A stretch of DNA of 63,365 nt, counting the filler, from Conidiobolus incongruus B7586 (taxonomy: Eukaryota): NCBI GenBank assembly GCA_000697335.1. It is 7 parts of 7 records of this genome, joined end to end, with 100 filler letters (N's around TTAATTAATTAA, not from the genome) between each part and the next. Parts side by side here need not be neighbours in the genome. Positions count along the whole stretch, not along the records: positions 10,039 to 20,821 come from JNEM01006322.1; positions 20,922 to 32,022 come from JNEM01006325.1; 5 more parts are not named here. One strand, given 5' to 3'. Under the pieces are notes generated by a model. The model was not told where the DNA came from. It worked only from the letters and a program-made list of their open reading frames with translations, and made no database searches. This document shows, one piece after another, positions 11,584 to 23,295 of the stretch; the first letter of the stretch is position 1; every line of letters begins with the position of its first letter. The position numbers and the translations under genes are program-made.

Positions 11584-14105
11584 TAAAAATATGAGTAGTA
11601 TGATTTAAAAGTTTAGCGAATAATACTGATTTTTAGTAATAGTACGTTATTTATAGTTTTTGATTTTTACTATTTTAATAATCGAAATTCAAATTAGTCC
11701 CAATAATTGACCAAATATTCCAATCAGCTTCAAAAGGCAGTAGTGATGCTGCATTCCTTCAGCCCCACATAATGGGAATTATTCATGAATCTTCTAGATT
11801 TTCTGGTCAATTTACTCATTTGTGATACGCAAAAAAATTGCCGCTATTGATCTATCTCCTATCATTTAACCACGTTATTTTCAATATATCACTCAAATTC
11901 AATATAAGAGCTGCAATAAACAGTGTTTTTGTATATAATTATATATACTTATCTAGTACATCTTTACTATTGTATCTTCTAATGAAAAGTTAATTTTCAA
12001 TTGAATAATAATAATAATGAAAAAGTTATTCTTTAATTCTCACTGATGTAACATTTTTAAATCATTAATCCAACAATTGAAAATATGAGAAAATTAATAT
12101 TATTTAAAATTCTAATAATATCAAAATAAAAAGGGTTCAAGATATTTTAAGTATTGTTAAATATTAGAAAAAAAATAAACAATAACAACAAATGATGGAA
12201 TTCTTTTTTTATTTGTGATAAATTTTATCACCTTTTAATATACAATTTAGTTTATTATTAGCCTATAGATTCCAAATTTGGCAATTTTTTTACAAATAAT
12301 AATTAGCAAGAATTAATCATTATTACCTAATTTTTTAATTTTTTTATAGTACCGAATATTTATAAACTTTATTACATATTTTTAATTAAAGAATTGATGA
12401 ATATTATAAATTGAGTTTTATAAAATGATTTATGTCTAATAGAGTCTAATTTATAATTAGTAATTTAATATAGATAAATCTTAAATTATTTAGATCTTTG
12501 GGATTTATAACAAGTAATAATAAACCGTATTTAAATAATTCAAGCATTTAGACTTCAACTTCGAAATTCAAGTTCCTGAATAAGTGTAATAGCCTATTTT
12601 AAATTGATAAATTTAAAATTTGAAAAACACGATTATAATGTTTTACAATGATTTCATCAATTTCAAATTTTAGTTCGGAATTTAATAAAAATAATATATG
12701 AGTTAAATTTGAATTATTGATATTTATATCTTATTTTAATAATAAAATACGTGGCAATTAGAATAAAAAAATCATTGAATATGTGTTTTAATTATTCAAA
12801 TTTATATATTAATATTAGAATCTTATTTGTCCCCTTATACTTTAGAATATAATATATTAGAATTATTCTTTTTTTAATAAACTAAAATTACTCAAACAAA
12901 TTTAATTAAAATTCAAATTTATAATTAAAGGTAATACAAGCTATAAAATTTACTTATAATAAATTAGTTTATAATCATAACGAATTTTATCTAAAAATAG
13001 TCAGTGTAAAATAATAGAAAAATTTTATATTTTCATCTATAGTCAAAGATTGGGTTTATTAACTTTCAATTTGATATAATTCTGAATAATATTGTCTAAT
13101 ATCATATATATATATATAGAAATTATTATTTTTAAAAAATCTAATGAATTTAAAATATGCAATATTAAATATTGTTGATATAATTATAATATTTAGTAGT
13201 GCCAGTATTATAATTAAAAGTATTAACGTAAATAAAAAAATTTCAAGATTTTAAAACTGCCAATTTCTTTTAATAATTCTTTTATTTACATAGGTTAATT
13301 TAAAATTGAATATTGTTTCAAGAAAAGGTATTGGAATAGCGTTAAAATGCTTATATTTTTATTAATCAAAAAATTTAAATATTTTCCCAGATGTTTATAT
13401 ATACATAATTATTTGAAATGTACTAGCAATGAATATAGTTTGAATTTAAGAAATACGTGAGATATTTTTGATTTAGTTATTAAATATTTTCAATTAATAA
13501 AGGTACATTGAAGTTGTATATTAATTTGGTTACTGATAAAAAGCAACAAAAAACTTTAAGTATATCAATGGATATTATAATATTTAATATATCTATAAAA
13601 TCATAAAATCGGAAAATGAGTATAATACAATTTAAAGCAAAATTAATTAGAAAACTAATTAAATCTAGTTTGCGTATTTTAGGGAATATTCAAATTTAAT
13701 ATTAGTAAATTAAAGTTATTTAGATTCTATTTTTTTAGAATTTAATAATAATAACAATAATGCATTATGCCAGGTACATTAAATTATGAAAACTAATTAT
13801 ATCAACATTTAAATAATTAAATTTGGTATAATTAAACAATTTTCTAGAAATTTATCAAGTATTCCAAAAATATTAAGATCCATTTTTTACTCATAATACT
13901 AATACAGTAATATTTAATTAGGCATTAATTTGTATTTTTTGAATGTTATGACAACAAATTTTATAATTATCTTCAAATTATAATTAAAATAACAAAAGTT
14001 GGGCTTATATGATTTCATTTCATTGTGTTTAGATGAATATATAAAGGATTGAAGAATTAGTATTGGTAGTATCGTTAATTATAGTAAACAAGTGTAGATA
14101 TCAAA

Positions 14106-14300
14106 ATGAAGCTACTTCACATTCCACTATTCGAAAAGCATCAATCTTCTAATCCTACTACAGCTCAAAATACTCCTTCCACATCTCGAGTTACATCGCC
14201 CGTAGGATCACCCAGACAATCTATGGATTTACACCATACGAATGCTAAGAATCATAAAGAAGAACATTTGCCATATCATTTGATGACCTTCATCAAATAA
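14106..14300 (+). CDS. Ser/Thr-ladder microprotein family, copy 2 (64 aa)
   Basis: ..SSNPTTAQNTPSTSRVTSPVGSPRQS..LPYHLMTFIK. TATATAAA at 14038-14045. Confidence 0.85.
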   Translation: MKLLHIPLFEKHQSSNPTTAQNTPSTSRVTSPVGSPRQSMDLHHTNAKNHKEEHLPYHLMTFIK

Positions 14301-14969
14301 GCTAACGTTTCATGATCTTAAATATCTAACGCAATTATTTAATGAATTTTTTTATTGTAATTAAAAATATAAAATATTAAATGTAAATAAAAATAATATA
14401 ACATTAAAATTATTTATTTGTTTAAACAATATATTTTAAATTTATTATTCATTTTAATTAATTTATTCTTTTTTTGCATTTATATTTGATTATTATAAAA
14501 AATGAAAAAAAATATATTGATAATAGATTATTTTTTTAATATATTGAAATTAGTTCAATAACTATATAGTTGAATAATATATAATGTGAATATTACAATT
14601 AAAATTTTGTGTTTTTATATTTATTCATAATGATTTAATTTTTAGAATATTTTTAATATGAAAATTTATATAATCTCAAAATTTAATTAAATTTAATAAA
14701 GATATATTTTTAATATAAATTTATTATGAACAAAATCTAAAATTAAAATTTTAATTGATTTAAAAATAGATTATTTTGGAAATATTCGGAATTAGTAAAC
14801 TTTGAATAAAATTATTTAAAAAATTTATTAAAAGTGGAGTAAAATCCAAATTTTGGAAAAATTTATGAAATAATTGAGAATAATTTTAATTGATATAAAT
14901 AGAGCATTAAGTTACTTACAATTATCATCAAACAATCAGAATTACAAACAGATAACATTGCAATTAACT

Positions 14970-15164
14970 ATGGATCAAATTCACTTGGCTGAATTAGAAA
15001 GACATCGCTCTTCTGCTCCTAACTCTGCTCCTAACTCTCCCTCAGTTTCCCGAGTTGCTTCACCCGTTGGATCACCAAAAGTTTCAATGGAATCAGAAAG
15101 ACCAAACAAACGCCAATCTGTACACCATGTTCTACCATTTCAATTGATGAGCTACATTAGATAA
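14970..15164 (+). CDS. Ser/Thr-ladder microprotein family, copy 3 (64 aa)
   Basis: First ATG is at 14970 (the ORF track starts at an upstream TTG). MDQIHLAELERHRSSAPNSAPNSPSVSRVASPVGSPKVS..LPFQLMSYIR. TATAAATA at 14894-14901. Confidence 0.88.
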   Translation: MDQIHLAELERHRSSAPNSAPNSPSVSRVASPVGSPKVSMESERPNKRQSVHHVLPFQLMSYIR

Positions 15165-15821
15165 CTCCACTTGTACAAATTCATCTCATGTTTTATAACT
15201 CTTGTTGATTTTCTTTGTATTATAATATTAAAATAGCATATGATTAATAAACTTAATTCAAATTTGATATAGTAATTTGTTTACATTTTTCTTTGATTCA
15301 TTATAATAAAATAATTTATGTGAAATAGAGTTGATCATTGATTCAATACCCAAAAATATCAATATGCTCTAAGTTAAGTTTTTATTATAATATATTAAGC
15401 ACTGAATTATTATGTAGTATTTAAAACTTAGAGTAATGAATAATCAAATTTTAATTTTTTTTAGAAATCAAGACATATATTATGATATTATTCTTTTAAT
15501 TATTCCAAGTATATTGTTATGAGTATAAAATTGAACAGAATTATAAATTTGGTTAGAATAATTTGAATATATTAATATTAATATGATTTGTAAAATATAT
15601 AGTTAATAATGAATTGAAATTTTTGGATTGAATTCATACAAGAATAAGGTATTTTTTTTAAATATTAGAGTAATTAATTGAATATAATTCATATATTATA
15701 TGGAGCATGTAAAATATTCTAAATTGAATATTTTTACATTATTGAAAAATTTTGAAATATTTAATTATCAAAGTAAAATTTAAGTACTACAATAATCTAA
15801 ATATTTTATTGATTTTATTTC

Positions 15822-16360
15822 TGTGGCAATTCCTACTTGATTGATATCTTTTCTCACTCAAATTCACTACCAAGTTTCTGATTAGCCAAATCAGGCCTTA
15901 TCAATATTCTACTAGTCTATGTCTGAGTGGCCTCATTGTTACTCAGCCGCTGCATACTTATGCCTATATATTTCACTTAGTTATAAGAAAGACTCTTCTT
16001 CTCCTCTCTTTTTTACACAAACAAACCTTTTACCTAATTTCAAAAACAATCCCTTTTAGTATACTCAACTAGTTACCTATAGTTCCACTTGAGTCATCTT
16101 TCATTACTCATTTTCAACTCCTTCCTATTAATATTTTGTGATTCCATCTTCTTAGAATATCGGATCCTAACGCCGCCACTGTTGCCGCTGGTCTAGCCGC
16201 TCTTTACAACGGCCAGTTTACGAGTAATTATGACCGGATAGCCAGAGAACTGAAATTCGGTAGTTTATCGCAGTTAGTAGGTGCGATGCTGCACAATCTG
16301 GCCTATAGAATAGAAGTGTCAGTGCCCTTAATGACACTCCAAGAACTAATAACCTCCACA
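15822..16360. mobile_element. Putative solo LTR (539 bp) immediately upstream of tRNA-Lys
   Basis: TGTGG...CCACA inverted termini. Near-perfect 5-bp target duplication ATTTC/ACTTC. GC-richer than flanks, with no long ORF. Confidence 0.6.
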
Positions 16361-16369
16361 ACTTCATAA

Positions 16370-16442
16370 GCCCGGCTAGCTCAATCGGTAGAGCGTGAGA
16401 CTCTTAATCTCAAGGTTGTGGGTTCGACCCCCACGTTGGGTG
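16370..16442 (+). tRNA. tRNA-Lys (anticodon CTT)
   Basis: GCCCGGCTAGCTCAATCGGTAGAGCG-TGAGA-CTCTTAA-TCTCA..GGTTCGAC.., followed by a T6 Pol III terminator. Confidence 0.95.
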
Positions 16443-16689
16443 CTTTTTTCCATTCCAATATTTTATTTATTTTATTATAGTTTTCCATTAATGTTTCTAA
16501 TAAATTATCTTAAATTTAATTATTATATTAGTTAATTTTTTGAGATATACAAATTATTATTTGGTTAATATTATCATTTTTATATATAAAATTTAACTGA
16601 GTTTATTATAAAAATAATTAAATTACATAATATAAATTTCAATATAATATACACTATTCTAGAATCGGTGTGATGTAACCACTATCGTA

Positions 16690-16884
16690 TTATCTAGTGT
16701 AAGATAGTATTTGATAAGACAGGGTATTATAATTAGTATTGGTGTTTATATGCCTTTGTACAGAGATTGAGTTTCTTGGAGATCCAATGGGAGATGTAAT
16801 ACGCGAGACAGAAGGTGTGTTATAAGCAGAATTGGGAGTGGAAGAGTGACTTCTTTGTAATTCAGCCAAGTAAGTATAATCCAT
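16690..16884 (-). CDS. Ser/Thr-ladder microprotein family, copy 4 (64 aa)
   Basis: MDYTYLAELQRSHSSTPNSAYNTPSVSRITSPIGSPRNS..LSYQILSYTR. TATAAATA (minus) at 16952-16959. Confidence 0.88.
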   Translation of the reverse strand: MDYTYLAELQRSHSSTPNSAYNTPSVSRITSPIGSPRNSISVQRHINTNTNYNTLSYQILSYTR

Positions 16885-18358
16885 TGTTAATTATTAAATA
16901 AAGTGTTTATATTAAATTGATTTTTTGAACAAATTGTAACAACTAGAATGGTATTTATAGTTTTTTGATTTTAAATCAAATTAACATCAAAATATTGATT
17001 AGTCTTGATAACTTAACCTAATGGACTTATCGCCCCAACTATTCATTCTAAATATTTCATTAATTCAACAATTATTTTAAAAATGTTAGTTAAGAATAAC
17101 AAAGAACATTTTGGAACTTGATTTCTAAAAATAATTACTACTTAATCTAGTCATCATCACTTAAAGATTTTTCACAAGAAATTTGAATATATTCAATTTT
17201 TTGAAATTTTCCAATATTAGTAAAATTCAAAAGTTATTTTAAAAATTGAAGATAAAATGTTGGGGTATTCCGTTTAATTATTTCCTATATTAGATTTGTG
17301 TATCCCGATTACTATATCAATCTCAACATCAGTAATATTTTATACTATAATAATGTTTTCAAGTGTACAATGTAATGACAATGATAATTTTCAATTGATA
17401 CAAAATTTAATTATTAAATTAATTAAAAATTGTACATTTGGAATTATTTGTGATTGAATTTTCTTAATTCTAATCATATAATTAGCAATTGTAAAGTCCA
17501 AATATAACTTTATATAAATATTTTTTTTATCTTTTTTGTTTAAAAAACACGTAATTCAAAACTAATATCCAAATAATCGCAGCGAATAAGATAGCTTCGA
17601 ATCTATATTATTCATATTTTTAACCAGTTAATTCTTGATTTTTTAATAGTTAAGATAGAACAAAAATTGTCTATTATGATATTATATGTTATTAAAATTC
17701 AAATTTGAGTAAGCTAATTGACAAATCATATTAAAATTGTTCATGAATTTAATGTATTTTTATTAATAAATTGACTCAAGTACAAATAATTTTTTCAATT
17801 TCCAAACTCATCAATTTTGTCATAATCAATATTAATTATAGCCTATGAAACAGTTTGTTTATCAATACCTTTGAAATACTAATGGATAAATGTTAATATC
17901 ATTAATAATATTTATCCATTGGTTACAACAATCTCAACCTTAATTTTGTCAAAATGCAATCATTTTCAAAAACAAATTTTATATTGACTTTAAAATTAGC
18001 CTTAACTCATACAATTGTATTCTATGTATTATGAAAATGAGTCAAGTTATTTTAAATTTTATATAATTCTATATAATTTTAGTTGAAATTTGTAATAAAA
18101 AATAATTAATCCAATTTATCACTAAATTCAATATAGTAAACTGACTATTATTACATCATTAAACCTATCCACCTATCAAGTATCTATCCAATTTCCTTTT
18201 TAAATTCACCTATAAACCAGTTGAATAATCACTGTAAACGAAAAGTTGAACTGTATTATTAATTCGAATCAATTGATGAGAGTATAAATACTACTCAGTC
18301 TATTATGACAAAAGCATCAATACATTCATTTGCATATACAAAACACTTATTGCTACTC

Positions 18359-18553
18359 ATGGATCAAATCTATTTGGTTGATTTAGAAAGAGCTCGTTCT
18401 TCTGCTCCCAACTCCGCTTTTAGTACTCCCTCATCTTCTCAAGTCACATCTCCAGTTGGATCTCGAAGGGTCTCTATTGAATCGAACACATCCCATAGGA
18501 ACGATTCCAAACATTACCGCATTCAATATAATTTGATGAGCTATATCCGATGA
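18359..18553 (+). CDS. Ser/Thr-ladder microprotein family, copy 5 (64 aa)
   Basis: Start chosen by homology (MDQIYLVDLE..); the in-frame ATG at 18305 is only ~15 nt past the TATAAATA at 18283-18290. ..SSAPNSAFSTPSSSQVTSPVGSRRVS..IQYNLMSYIR. Confidence 0.85.
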   Translation: MDQIYLVDLERARSSAPNSAFSTPSSSQVTSPVGSRRVSIESNTSHRNDSKHYRIQYNLMSYIR

Positions 18554-19566
18554 GGAAAATGTTGAAAATCTTCAAGTTGTATTATATCACTGTTATCTTC
18601 ATTTATATGTATCATATTTAAAATTTTTAACTAATAAAAATTATTCATAACACTAAAATTTTAATATTTTATTTTTAAATTTGTTTGATATTAAATATTT
18701 TTATTAAGGTTTACTATTATCTCAATTAAAAATTATATTAAATTTATTGAACGCAAAATCATTTTGATTAATCTTTCAGTTATTTTTATTTAAAATTAAA
18801 AAATTAAAATAACGAATATTATGTCAATTATGAAAAAATAGCTGAAATATTCAAAATTTTCATCAAATTATATTATTAGGTTACTTATTTTTATACCAAT
18901 TTACTATAATTTTATTACTGATCAAACATTATTATTAGTGTGAATATCTCTACATATATCAAGTTTGGCCATATTAATCCATAAAATTTGTATTATAGGC
19001 GGGTTTTTTATTATTCTACTTCATTCATCGAATTAATCAGGCATAGATCAAATTATTACTAAATATACATTTAATCAATTATTCCACTTATAAAATAAGT
19101 TATAAAAAATCTATTTTGTTACTTAATAAATCATGTATATATATGCTTATTAAAATTAGGAAATGTGATAATTGATATACATTTTATGAATTTGGAGAAT
19201 TATAAATATTATAACATTAAATACATCATTATTGAATGTTCAGAATAATTATAGAAATATAATTAATTTGAAGATAATTTTAATTGCAAAGTCAAACTTG
19301 GAATTTGGTAAATTGATTTTGTTAGTTCAACATTAAAATAATTTGGAATTTTGGAAATAATCGGATTCGGTGTATTTTATTCTAAAGATTTTTTCCTGAA
19401 ATTTTAGTCAAAGTTGGGTTATTTCCAGTTTTTGGGAAATAATGATTTAATCTCTCAGTTATATTAATAATTCAGTTTAATTCCAATTGGTATAAATACT
19501 CCATCATGTTACTTGCAAACATCATCAAACAATCAGAATTACAAACAGATAACATTGCAATTAACC

Positions 19567-19761
19567 ATGGACCAAATTCACTTGGCTGAATTAGAAAGAC
19601 ATCGCTCTTCTGCTCCTAACTCTGCTTATAACTCTCCCTCAGTTTCCCGAGTTGCTTCACCTGTTGGATCACCAAAAGTTTCAATGGAATCAGAAAGACC
19701 AAACAAACGCCAATCTGTACACCATGTTCTACCATTTCAATTGATGAGCTACATCAGATAA
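19567..19761 (+). CDS. Ser/Thr-ladder microprotein family, copy 6 (64 aa, near-identical to copy 3)
   Basis: Differs from copy 3 by one residue (P>Y). TATAAATA at 19491-19498. Confidence 0.88.
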   Translation: MDQIHLAELERHRSSAPNSAYNSPSVSRVASPVGSPKVSMESERPNKRQSVHHVLPFQLMSYIR

Positions 19762-20479
19762 CTCCACTTGTACAAATTAATCTCATGTTTTATAACTTAA
19801 TTGCTCCTGTATTATTACACCAAGATAGAATATTAATTAATAAATAAAATTTCAATATATTCAATATCATAAATAGTTAAGTTATTTAAATTTTGAAATA
19901 TATAAATTTTTAATGATTAAATCGAAATACATCATTCAATATTCGACCAGTTAATTTATATATATTATTTGATATTAAAATAATATATTTATTCTCATTA
20001 TTACCTATATTCTAAAATTTAAAATAATTATCACCATTATTTTTAAACTATTAAATTATTATTTTTGGCTATAGTAAAATAGATATTTTTTAAAAAAAAA
20101 TAATAATATATATTTCTGCATAATTATTAAAAAACTAATATGATATAGTTAATTGAATTATATTTCTATTTAATAAATTTTTAAAGTTTTATTTTTATTT
20201 TATATCATCTAATTAATTAATTATAATTAAAATTTACTTAAAATCTTTATAATTCATATTTGATTGTTTAAATTTAATTGATAAAATTTCAAGGATTTAT
20301 ATCACCATGAATTGAATATATAGTAGAATATAATAATTTTGAAATATTTGAAGGAATTTATTTATAATTGCTTTTTATAAATAATTTATTATATAATATG
20401 AATTTTCAATATAATTTAATATAACATAAGTGTTTTTGAATTAAACCATAATTTATCTTATAAATAATAATATTAATAT

Positions 20480-20821
20480 AGAAAATAAATAATAACCTAA
20501 TTTTAATTTTAAAATTAAAGTATTATTATTATATAAAATATCAAAATTAATATATAATATAAAACCAATATTCTTTTTTATTATCAATAATTTTTTGCTA
20601 TAGTTTTAGCATACTTTTAATATCTAAAAAATAATTATTTATTAAGGATTGAAATTTAATATTTTATAAAATTATTTAATTTACTAATAAAAGTTTTTTT
20701 AAGTATATTTTTTAAATTACTAAAATAATTATATGTAAATAGGCTATAATCTAATATATATATTAGATATAATAGCTTTTTTTCTAGTTTTTTTAAATAA
20801 ACAAACTATTATTAATTTAAT
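20480..20821 (-). mobile_element. Heavily decayed mariner 3' fragment at gap edge
   Basis: Resembles the reverse complement of ~8150-8460 and the fragment at 48370-48640. Confidence 0.5.
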
Positions 20822-22244
20822 NNNNNNNNNNNNNNNNNNNNNNNNNNNNNNNNNNNNNNNNNNNNTTAATTAATTAANNNNNNNNNNNNNNNNNNNNNNN
20901 NNNNNNNNNNNNNNNNNNNNNTACTTCAAAATAATATATAATATTAAATTAAATTAAAATAATATTATTTAAAAATTCCTATAAACTATTTTTTTAACTA
21001 TAAGAAAATATTAATTATTATAATGGATTATCAAAATATATAGTTTTATTATTTAATTTGTAAATATAAAATAATTAAAAAAAGTTTTATACTTTTTGTT
21101 AATTAAAATAATTTTAATTTATGATCTGATAATAAATTATAACACTTGTTCGTTTTTATAAAATAATATTCCGATTTAGTTACTTCTTATATTTTTCCTT
21201 TTTTATCTAAACCTTCCTGAAAATTATTTCTTACTTTATCATACTTTAATTATCTAAACCTTATCTTAATAAAGCCACTAACTTATATAGCCATAGAAAA
21301 ATAATTTTAAAAAATTAATCAATAATTAATTCTCTAGTTTTTTTGGATAACCTAAGTAACTTCAACTTTAAAAAAATTATTATAGCTATATTAGTTTCTA
21401 GCAATAGGATAATATATATAATAATTTAAAAATATCAAATTAAAAATTTTCTAAGTAAATAAACTAGAAAACATAATTATATCTAATATATTTTTTAAAT
21501 TAAAACCAATATAATTATAATAATTATAAATAAAAAAATTTTTCAAGAAAAGATTTTTATATATAAATTAAATTAATATATATAATATTAAATTTAACTT
21601 TTTGAAAAGAGAATTATTTTTTATTTATTATAAGATTGCTATATATATAGCAAAAAGTTATTAATAATAATGAAAAAATTGATTTTATCTTATATATTAT
21701 TTTTTTTAATAATATACAAATTATTTTATTTAATCCTGATAAATTTTATTATTATTTAGTTATTATATTAATTTTAAAAATTAATTAAAATTTAAAACTT
21801 ATTAAAATTGGAGCTTTATATCAAATATATATAGATTTATATTAAGATTAAATCTTAATATTTATTAATATTAATTATTTAATAAAAAGGAGAATGTTGT
21901 GTTTAATGGTATATTGCTGGAAACTATATACCAATATAGAATAATATTTGTTATTTATGGTAAATAACATAATTTATCTAGATAATGAATAAATATTAAT
22001 AATGATATTTGGAATAATTAGATTTGAAAATAAAAATAAAAAAAAACATATATTAGATTAGGTGCGAAAAAAATGAAGATGAATTATATATATAATTACA
22101 CATTTTGAAAAAATATTTAAAAAGCTTTAGAGAATATAGATTGAAATTAATATTTAATAAAATTAGTATCAATTAAATTAAATTTTATTAAGAGAGTAAG
22201 GAATATTTAAATTATTCAAATTATAAATTAGAAGGAAGAATTAA

Positions 22245-22318
22245 GCTTCCATGGCGCAATTGGCTAGCGCGTCCGACTGTTAATCGGGAGGTTGGTGGTT
22301 CAAGCCCACCTGGGAGCG
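22245..22318 (+). tRNA. tRNA-Asn (anticodon GTT)
   Basis: GCTTCCATGGCGCAATTGGCTAGCGCG-TCCGA-CTGTTAA-TCGG..GGTTCAAGCCCACCTGGGAGCG, with a downstream oligo-T. Confidence 0.93.
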
Positions 22319-23295
22319 TAATTCTATTTCGAGACATTTTTTTTATTTTAGTAATCAAACCTCATTCCTCTAATATTACTTATTATTTTAATAATTTTCT
22401 CAAATAATTATTTAAAAATTTAAATTTTTTGTTTTCAGTAAATCATTGTTATGATAGGAAATAACAATGTCAATCACTCAAGAAACTGCAATTACAACAC
22501 TGAATTAACAAGTCAAATTGGGGCACGCCCATTTTCTGAACTGGGGGTTACGTTTCTTATTCTCACTGAGTCATTTCTATCCATAAAAATCAACAATGAA
22601 AACTAATATAAGATTATCATGAGCAAAATAATAAATATAACTCTTTTATCATTTCAAAAATATCCAGTCTCTAAGTTTTTCTCGTAGTCCTATCAAAAGC
22701 ATTGAGTCGTAATAAGCGTAAGATATTTACTTTACTCGAAGAACCCGATTTACAGTAAGCTGTTTTCAACTCATTTGGAGAACCCATTAATTTCCCCCTA
22801 ACTCTGTGGTAATTTATCGTTTACACTGGTGATTCCCTATTTGAGCTCTAAAAGTCTATTTCCTCCCATAATTACGGTCGTCACTTACAACAAAAACAAA
22901 ATCATTAGTTAAATAACTCAATATTTTCAAAATTTTATCTAAACTATAAATTTCATATAATTTTATTTTAATTTTTGGTTTCTTTATATCACAAGGAATC
23001 TCGTTTATCAGTTTTTCCATAGTTGCGATATTTCCAAACCTTAAACTGCTGTTTTATTTTCAATTATTGTTTTCATTGAATTATTAGATATTATTATTGA
23101 TTTCTTCTAAACTAAAAAATTTAAAGAGATATTCCATAATTTGAAATTATTTAAATAAAATTCAACTTGATAATGTAATCCCATAATAATATCATTTCAT
23201 AATAAAAATCCAATTAAAGCCAATTTGAATTTAATTAAATTTTATTACAAATCAAAATTTAATAATAAATTAATCCATAATTCAAATTATTCAAA

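Noticed and set aside
11381..11608. 75-aa plus-strand ORF
   Set aside because: Antisense shadow of microprotein copy 1.
14874..14969. N-terminal extensions of copies 3, 5 and 6 shown in the ORF track
   Set aside because: They start at TTG, or overlap or abut the TATA box. The homologous ATG gives uniform 64-aa products.
11374..19761. Microprotein cluster as a RiPP or pheromone biosynthetic locus
   Set aside because: No signal peptide, Kex2-flanked repeats, CAAX box or adjacent tailoring enzymes. Kept only as a minor alternative.
22447..22900. GC-richer stretch downstream of tRNA-Asn, possible solo LTR or ncRNA
   Set aside because: No convincing termini plus target duplication, no second copy in the window and no recognisable RNA motif.
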